Source: a virus
Strand: one strand, 5' to 3'
Length of the DNA: 64,000 bases
Virus record (IMG/VR): IMGVR_UViG_3300025871_000005
Span: 12,445 to 76,444 of that record
Shown here: positions 58,873-64,000 of the stretch, one piece after another
Layout: the number at the start of each line of letters is the position of its first letter
How positions within the stretch are numbered: position 1 is the stretch's first letter
Notes under the pieces: model-generated
Database searches by the model: none
The model's input: the letters and a program-made list of their open reading frames with translations, nothing else
Told to the model about the DNA's origin: nothing
Translations under genes and position numbers: made by a program

Positions 58873-60510
58873 ATGGCTCCCAAAGTTGGTCACAAAATGA
58901 TACCTGTTAAATGTCCTCTGTGCAATTTCAGCCACAGATGGCACAGCAAATTGGAATTGCACATCAAGGAAGTGCATGGAAGAGATCCCTCTGAAGTGTG
59001 GAGAGAATGGAAAGGTGTTGATGGTCTGTGCAAATGTGGTTGTGGTCAGTTGACAAATTGGGGCGGATGGTCATTGGGCCATTCTGAATGGGTCATTGGA
59101 CACAATGGAAACATATACACTCTGCCAGAAGAGGAAGCAAAAGCAATCTCTGAGAAGAGGAGCAAAGCACTCATGGGACGTCCAGGTTGGTCAAAAGGCC
59201 TCACAAAGGAAACGAGTGAAATTGTTAGGAAGAGATCTGAAACAATCTCTGAAGTCCTGACTAAAAAGTATGCAAATGGTGAACTGACCAATTGGGCAAA
59301 GGGTCTCACAAAGGACACTGATGAGAGAATGCAGTTGAGATCAGAACACTTGAAAGAAGGATATGCTGAAGGAAAATTCATTCCATGGGCAAAAGGTCTC
59401 ACAAAGGACACTGATGACAGAGTTTTCAGGATGTCTGAAAAAGTGAAATCAACAATGAAAAGAGAAGATTTGAGAAAACGTCTTGATCACCTCAAGAGGA
59501 TGACACACGATGAATTGAGATCAAGAATTGAAACACTCGATTTTGAGATCATTGGTGGACTTGATGAATACATCAATCGTGGTCAAAAGATCATCACAGT
59601 GAAATGCAAATCTTGTGGTGCTCAATTCACTGACAGTTTCAACAGACTTGAACATGGTAAGTGTTTCAACTGTCACCCAGGTGGATCAAAATCCCAACTT
59701 GATATCATCAATTTTGTCACATCACTTGGTGTTCAGATCAAAAAGAATGACAGAAAAGTTCTTGAAGGACTTGAACTTGATGTGTTGGCAATTGATGAAA
59801 AATTTGCAATTGAATACAATGGTCTATATTGGCACAATGAGCTGAGCAAATCAAAACAGTACCATGATAACAAGACAAAGAATGCTGCAAAGAAGGGCAT
59901 AAATCTCATTCACATTTTTGAGGATGAGTGGAGAACAAAACGTCCAGTTGTTGAAGACCTGATCAGGAAGAATCTTGGTTGCAGTCAATTGACAATGTTC
60001 AGTCAGGAAGATTGCACAATTGTTGAACTCACTGCACAACAGAAAATTGACTTTTTTGACAAGTGTTCACTCATTGGAAAAGTTGATGGGACAAGATCAT
60101 TTGGATTTATGAATGGTGATGACATCATTGCAGCTGTGCAATTCAGAAAACACAGGGAAAAAAAGTGGTCAGAATACAATCAATTGATTGATTATGCACA
60201 CATTCCTGGTGGTGATGTCATTGATGGTTTAAACATATTGTTGACAAATCTGTCTGAGCAATTTGGCAAAAAATGGATTCACAATTTTGATGCAAGATTT
60301 GGTTCAAGTCATGATTTCACAAATATTGGCTTCAAGCAGATTGGAACAAAAGATCCAGAATTCTGGTGGACAGACTGTGAAAATCGTTTCAACCGGTTCA
60401 TGTACAGGGCTGATGCCAAATTGGGCCTCACTGAGGCTCAGGTTGCTGACGCTGCAAATGTTGTCAAGATTTGGGGATGTCACAGCAAGATCTTCACAAT
60501 TGAACTCTGA
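58873..60510 (+). CDS. Free-standing homing endonuclease (Hef-like PD-(D/E)xK) with Zn fingers and NUMOD3-like repeats
   Basis: CKCGCG; three W(S/A)KGLTK(E/D)T repeats; LELDV...AIEYNGLYWH...IHIFEDEW. Confidence 0.75.
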   Translation: MAPKVGHKMIPVKCPLCNFSHRWHSKLELHIKEVHGRDPSEVWREWKGVDGLCKCGCGQLTNWGGWSLGHSEWVIGHNGNIYTLPEEEAKAISEKRSKALMGRPGWSKGLTKETSEIVRKRSETISEVLTKKYANGELTNWAKGLTKDTDERMQLRSEHLKEGYAEGKFIPWAKGLTKDTDDRVFRMSEKVKSTMKREDLRKRLDHLKRMTHDELRSRIETLDFEIIGGLDEYINRGQKIITVKCKSCGAQFTDSFNRLEHGKCFNCHPGGSKSQLDIINFVTSLGVQIKKNDRKVLEGLELDVLAIDEKFAIEYNGLYWHNELSKSKQYHDNKTKNAAKKGINLIHIFEDEWRTKRPVVEDLIRKNLGCSQLTMFSQEDCTIVELTAQQKIDFFDKCSLIGKVDGTRSFGFMNGDDIIAAVQFRKHREKKWSEYNQLIDYAHIPGGDVIDGLNILLTNLSEQFGKKWIHNFDARFGSSHDFTNIGFKQIGTKDPEFWWTDCENRFNRFMYRADAKLGLTEAQVADAANVVKIWGCHSKIFTIEL

Positions 60511-60520
60511 TCACAGAGCA

Positions 60521-61060
60521 TTACAGATCATCTTCATTCCAAACACACACGATCCTGTTGATGTGGACTGCATCCTCAAGTGTCAACACTTCCTGTTCAT
60601 TACTGTTCTGCGCATCGACAGTGTTGTACCACTGTTCCAGATCAGCACACAGCAGATCTGGCGCATCTGTTTCCATCACAATTCCAAATCTTTTGACCGT
60701 TCGCTTCTGTCCAGAGTACACACCATACCCACCAGCACTCTCTGGCTTTGCAAACGCTTTGGCAATTTTGGGATTTTTTGACCAACTGCTGTACCCATTC
60801 TTTGTGTAGTATGTGCTCTGTGCAGTGTTCTGAGTACCTGTGACAACTTTGTTTGGATCAAATCCCAACAGTTGCATGCTTTCATATGAAACAATCATTC
60901 CACGATAAAGTTTTCCACTGTACTGTCCAAATATGTCAGTGTGCAACCCACTAATGATTGCACTCTTCAGTTCATCAACCTGTTCAGTTGACATCACTGT
61001 GCCATTGCGCAAATAGTCATTGAGTCCTGCGAGTGAAACTTTACCCATTGTTTTGCCCAT
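60521..61060 (-). CDS. ADP-ribosyltransferase-like protein, paralog 3
   Basis: LYRGM, YSSWS, NEQEV. Confidence 0.72.
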   Translation of the reverse strand: MGKTMGKVSLAGLNDYLRNGTVMSTEQVDELKSAIISGLHTDIFGQYSGKLYRGMIVSYESMQLLGFDPNKVVTGTQNTAQSTYYTKNGYSSWSKNPKIAKAFAKPESAGGYGVYSGQKRTVKRFGIVMETDAPDLLCADLEQWYNTVDAQNSNEQEVLTLEDAVHINRIVCVWNEDDL

Positions 61061-61064
61061 TGCT

Positions 61065-61661
61065 CTATTTCCATGTGACTGTTATTGACTGAACAGTGAT
61101 CCTCTTCTCAAGAATGAACACTTCCTGCTCAACAGAGTTGACACCATCAACAGCAAAGTACCAACCATCAAGTGTAAACCCTTTGTATTTGCTGGCATCA
61201 GCTGTTAACACAATTCCATACAACTGTTCTTCAGTCTCAGGACCATTGTACTTTCCAAAACCTCCCAGCGCCTCAGGAACTGAGAACTGTTTTGCAATGC
61301 CAGCAGAACTTGACCAACTGCTGTACCCGTGTTTTGTTGTGTATGTGCACTGTGTTCTCTGCATATCCCCAATGATGACACCATTTGGATCAAAACCAAA
61401 ACTCCTCAACTGTTCAGTGGAAACAATCATTCCCCTGTAGATTGGTCCCAAATACTGTGGAAACATATCGTCATACTCATTGACATCAAGTGCATCCTTG
61501 AGTGCATTGACTGAACTCTTGGGTATTGTGTGTGAAGGATCCCTGAAATATTTGAAAAGATTTCCAGCTGTCTGCTTTTCAATCCTGTTGTCAGGCTCTC
61601 CTGATTGAAGATATGGATGTCTCTCATCATCAAATGCAATCTTGTCAAAGATGTCACTCAC
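61065..61661 (-). CDS. ADP-ribosyltransferase-like protein, paralog 4
   Basis: DKIAF, IYRGM, YSSWS, VEQEV. Confidence 0.72.
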   Translation of the reverse strand: MSDIFDKIAFDDERHPYLQSGEPDNRIEKQTAGNLFKYFRDPSHTIPKSSVNALKDALDVNEYDDMFPQYLGPIYRGMIVSTEQLRSFGFDPNGVIIGDMQRTQCTYTTKHGYSSWSSSAGIAKQFSVPEALGGFGKYNGPETEEQLYGIVLTADASKYKGFTLDGWYFAVDGVNSVEQEVFILEKRITVQSITVTWK

Positions 61662-61664
61662 TGT

Positions 61665-61847
61665 TCACAATCCCATGCTCTCTGACCATTTTCTGATTCT
61701 CTTCTTGATATCATCAGGAACCAATGTGCTCTCTTCACTGAATGCTTCATCATCCATCAACCTGTGATCATACATTTCATCGGGTTGAGAGCCCCTGAGA
61801 GCCTCCCTAATAATCTTTCTAATCCTCTGTTCAGTTGCCTTGTCCAC
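61665..61847 (-). CDS. Small protein with leader motif
   Basis: RIRKIIREAL; GTG start; TATTTA upstream. Confidence 0.6.
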   Translation of the reverse strand: MDKATEQRIRKIIREALRGSQPDEMYDHRLMDDEAFSEESTLVPDDIKKRIRKWSESMGL

Positions 61848-61893
61848 GACAATAAATAGAATTCCTGGGTCATTCTCACATCAAGAATTGCCA

Positions 61894-62496
61894 TTAATAT
61901 GTTCTGGCAATGATTATCTTGTGCAAATCAACATTTCCAATGCAAAATATTTCAGCTTCATCACTGACTGCATAAAGAGCATCTGTCTCCCTGTACAGAG
62001 CATCAAGTGAAAATATATCGCCCATAAAATCAGCTGTATCAGCACACAAAATGATGCCCAATGTGCCATCAGTGATACTTCCCTTTGTGTATGCAAATGC
62101 ATCAGCTGTTTCAAGATTTTCTGACCAACTGCTGTAACCATGTCTTGGAACATAAGTGAAATCATGATCTTCAATCACAAATTGTCGACGCATTCCATAC
62201 TCTGATTTCAGTTGTTCATGGCTTGGTAAGTCATCAATTCTCTTTTTGAGATAGTTGTATGATACTGACATTCCTCTGTAGAATTGTCCAGAATATTGCA
62301 AAAATACATCCTCATACATTGGATTGCTGATCACCTTTTTCAGCAACTCAAGATCTGCCTTTTCAATTTTGGTATGATTGACAAAGTAGTCAGTCAGCGC
62401 TCTGAAAAGAGCGTCTTCATTTGAAGTATTCTTTTCTCTTCCAACAAATTTGTCTCTATTGTCAGCAAAAGCTATTTGTCCCAATAATCCATGCAT
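61894..62496 (-). CDS. ADP-ribosyltransferase-like protein, paralog 5
   Basis: GQIAF, FYRGM, YSSWS, DEAEI. Confidence 0.72.
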   Translation of the reverse strand: MHGLLGQIAFADNRDKFVGREKNTSNEDALFRALTDYFVNHTKIEKADLELLKKVISNPMYEDVFLQYSGQFYRGMSVSYNYLKKRIDDLPSHEQLKSEYGMRRQFVIEDHDFTYVPRHGYSSWSENLETADAFAYTKGSITDGTLGIILCADTADFMGDIFSLDALYRETDALYAVSDEAEIFCIGNVDLHKIIIARTY

Positions 62497-62517
62497 GCAG
62501 TATTGTTCCTATTTCAT

Positions 62518-63084
62518 TTATTTTGCCAACATTATTGATACAATTGGAATATTACCTATTGACAATATTTCCTGTTCATATCTGAATTCATCATCTATCA
62601 AATTGTACCAACCAATCATATCAATTGCCATTTCACAATCTTTTGTTTTTGCAATCAGAACTATTGGTAACATATTACGCATACTCAATTTAGCATTGCA
62701 GGCCACATCTATTGCATATTCTTCATCTGAAGACCATGAACTGTATTTGTATTTTGGAATATATGTTCCACTAATTTGAATTTCTCTATTTTCTTCAAGC
62801 TCATTTGCATCAATGCCAAAATTGTCTTTCAACCAACCTTCACTCACACGCATACCACGATAGATGTAAGTGCCATCATACAGAGGAAACATATCTCTGT
62901 ATTGATCAGATTTAACTGCATTGATCAATACATTCAAATTCTGTTCTGATATTTCAGAATTATCCAATACATGATTCAATAAGTTATCAAAAAGAGATTG
63001 TTCTGATGGGTTGTTTTCCTCAGTATCCCGCAAATCATCTTGACGATCATTTGCAAACGCTATTCTGTCAAGAGGTCCACTCAT
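62518..63084 (-). CDS. ADP-ribosyltransferase-like protein, paralog 6
   Basis: DRIAF, IYRGM, YSSWS, YEQEI. Confidence 0.72.
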   Translation of the reverse strand: MSGPLDRIAFANDRQDDLRDTEENNPSEQSLFDNLLNHVLDNSEISEQNLNVLINAVKSDQYRDMFPLYDGTYIYRGMRVSEGWLKDNFGIDANELEENREIQISGTYIPKYKYSSWSSDEEYAIDVACNAKLSMRNMLPIVLIAKTKDCEMAIDMIGWYNLIDDEFRYEQEILSIGNIPIVSIMLAK

Positions 63085-63089
63085 ACTGA

Positions 63090-63359
63090 TTATTCTGAGT
63101 CCTGTTTGTATTCTTCAACAACACCAAGGAGTGCATCCCTGAGTGCATCAGCAACATCTTTTCTTGCTTCATCATTTGTCATGACGACCTGTTTGAGAGC
63201 TGTCATCAGCTGAGGATCATTCCAGACTGCACTCATGATCATTTTATCCAAATCAAGTGACTCAATCAGTTGTCGAACCTCTTTGAGAACCTTTGCCTTG
63301 TGTGCAATGGCTGCTTCTTCTTTGATAATCTTCTTCAATTCTGATACTTTAATTTTCAT
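63090..63359 (-). CDS. Small protein with MKIKVSELKKIIKEE leader
   Basis: Leader plus a second motif VRQLIES; TATTTA upstream. Confidence 0.65.
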   Translation of the reverse strand: MKIKVSELKKIIKEEAAIAHKAKVLKEVRQLIESLDLDKMIMSAVWNDPQLMTALKQVVMTNDEARKDVADALRDALLGVVEEYKQDSE

Positions 63360-63378
63360 AACACTGTTTCCTGTACAC

Positions 63379-63384
63379 TAAATA
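63379..63384 (-). promoter_or_regulatory. TANTTA putative late-promoter motif (one of 16 located upstream copies)
   Basis: Same hexamer upstream of many structural and leader genes; see the TANTTA finding. Confidence 0.5.
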
Positions 63385-63438
63385 GAAAGTGTGCCCAAAA
63401 AATTCTTGAGCACACTGTTTTCTAATCACACTGTCACA

Positions 63439-64000
63439 TTATTCCTGAATGTTGTTTGACACAACGAAGTCAAGTGAAACAAATTCAACAGATTTTGTTG
63501 GTTGAACGTAAATCTTGCCCCTGATTGTATTGTTCTCAACATCAGCTTGTGTTGTTGTGCTGCTGTCAATGACAACTTTGAACCTATCAATACCTCTGAG
63601 TTTTTGAATTCTCTGAACTCTTGGTGTAACCAATCCTGAGAACTTGGCAAGTGTTGCTTCCCTGTTTGGCTCAAAAATGATCTGTTGAGCAATGTCCCTA
63701 ATCTCTCTCCTCAATGTGATGAGAAGTCTTCTGACATTCACTCTGTCAAGAGCAGAAGCTGACTGCAACAGTGTCTTCTGACCCCAAATAACACAACCAC
63801 CCGTTGGATTTGTTCCACCAACTGCTGTTCCAGGGAATGCTGTCAGGGGATTGATTGCTGCATCATAGAGTGCATCCAGATTATTCTTTGACAGTTTAAC
63901 CTTGGTCTCCTGAACTGTGTCAAGAGCACCCCTGGTGAAGCCTGCAGGAGCAAACCATGGATGTCCAACTGCATCATTCTTTGCAAGTGCGCCAAACACT
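63439..64000 (-). CDS. Contractile tail sheath protein (T4 gp18-like), C-terminal part
   Basis: PWFAPAGFTRG, LYDAAINP, WGQKTL, DRVNVRRLL, FEPN, IYVQPTKSVEFV. Confidence 0.93.
   Translation of the reverse strand, partial: VFGALAKNDAVGHPWFAPAGFTRGALDTVQETKVKLSKNNLDALYDAAINPLTAFPGTAVGGTNPTGGCVIWGQKTLLQSASALDRVNVRRLLITLRREIRDIAQQIIFEPNREATLAKFSGLVTPRVQRIQKLRGIDRFKVVIDSSTTTQADVENNTIRGKIYVQPTKSVEFVSLDFVVSNNIQE

Noticed and set aside
59187-59417. About 32-bp repeats as a CRISPR array
   Set aside because: Only 2-3 imperfect copies, in frame, encoding NUMOD3-like WAKGLTKDT motifs.
60521-63084. ART genes as toxin-antitoxin or toxin-immunity pairs
   Set aside because: No consistent adjacent antitoxin; the small neighbours are leader-motif proteins, and no macrodomain or ADP-ribosylglycohydrolase was recognised.
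63388-63417. Hairpin after the sheath gene as a terminator
   Set aside because: Imperfect stem with no clear U tract; too weak to list as a feature.
93-63692. Numerous short plus-strand and alternative-frame ORFs in the track (e.g. 10851..11426, 16896..17327, 51490..52056, 60263..60781)
   Set aside because: They are antisense or out-of-frame shadows of well-supported genes, with no motifs or RBS. The scarcity of TA-containing stop triplets inflates such ORFs.
1-64000. Stop-codon reassignment (TAG or TGA recoding)
   Set aside because: Conserved genes are full length in the standard code and tile with little gap; both TGA and TAG end real genes.
41992-64000. Bacterial extracellular contractile injection system or tailocin locus
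   Set aside because: Contiguous with a full phage replication and nucleotide module and phage-type gene density; no host housekeeping context.
1-64000. Eukaryotic giant-virus origin, suggested by Uxs, SOD, Hsp20 and MT-A70
   Set aside because: T4-like sheath and tube, DnaE, Shine-Dalgarno sites and overlapping operons indicate a bacteriophage.
1-64000. tRNA, rRNA or structured ncRNA genes
   Set aside because: All intergenic gaps are under about 130 nt and none shows a cloverleaf or T-loop motif by eye; tRNAscan/Infernal would be needed to exclude them fully.

Overview
This is a 64-kb segment of a large, AT-rich tailed bacteriophage with T4-like (myovirus) morphogenesis genes. It is read in the standard bacterial code and almost all genes lie on the minus strand. 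It carries four modules. (i) Tail: sheath (3' part), tube, G/GT-like chaperone, tape measure, and baseplate/LysM genes. (ii) Replication: DnaE, a small PolA, DnaB, RecA, SSB and a 5'-3' exonuclease. (iii) Nucleotide metabolism: NrdJ with an intein, ThyX, Tmk, Tdk, dUTPase, dCMP deaminase and an HD nucleotidase. (iv) Auxiliary stress genes: SOD, Dps, Hsp20 and an HslV-like protease. The strongest candidates for new biology are five. (1) A probable cytosine hypermodification pathway that may add a pentose: a thymidylate-synthase paralog with the dCMP-type Asp, a second dNMP kinase, a GT-B glycosyltransferase, a UDP-sugar epimerase, UDP-xylose synthase and a gp56-like dCTPase, running parallel to a ThyX/Tmk/dUTPase thymine route. 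(2) dnaE broken into four genes: two breaks are bridged by split inteins flanking free-standing endonucleases, and the third carries only a catalytically dead Hint fragment across a 2.8-kb island. (3) Six paralogous R-S-ExE ADP-ribosyltransferase-like genes, five of them inside the tail operon. (4) A recurrent N-terminal 'MKI..L..II.E' leader resembling a capsid-targeting/prohead-protease signal. (5) A TANTTA motif upstream of structural genes in a TpA-depleted genome. No tRNA, rRNA or CRISPR array was recognised. All functional calls come from motif recognition by eye; no database search was run.
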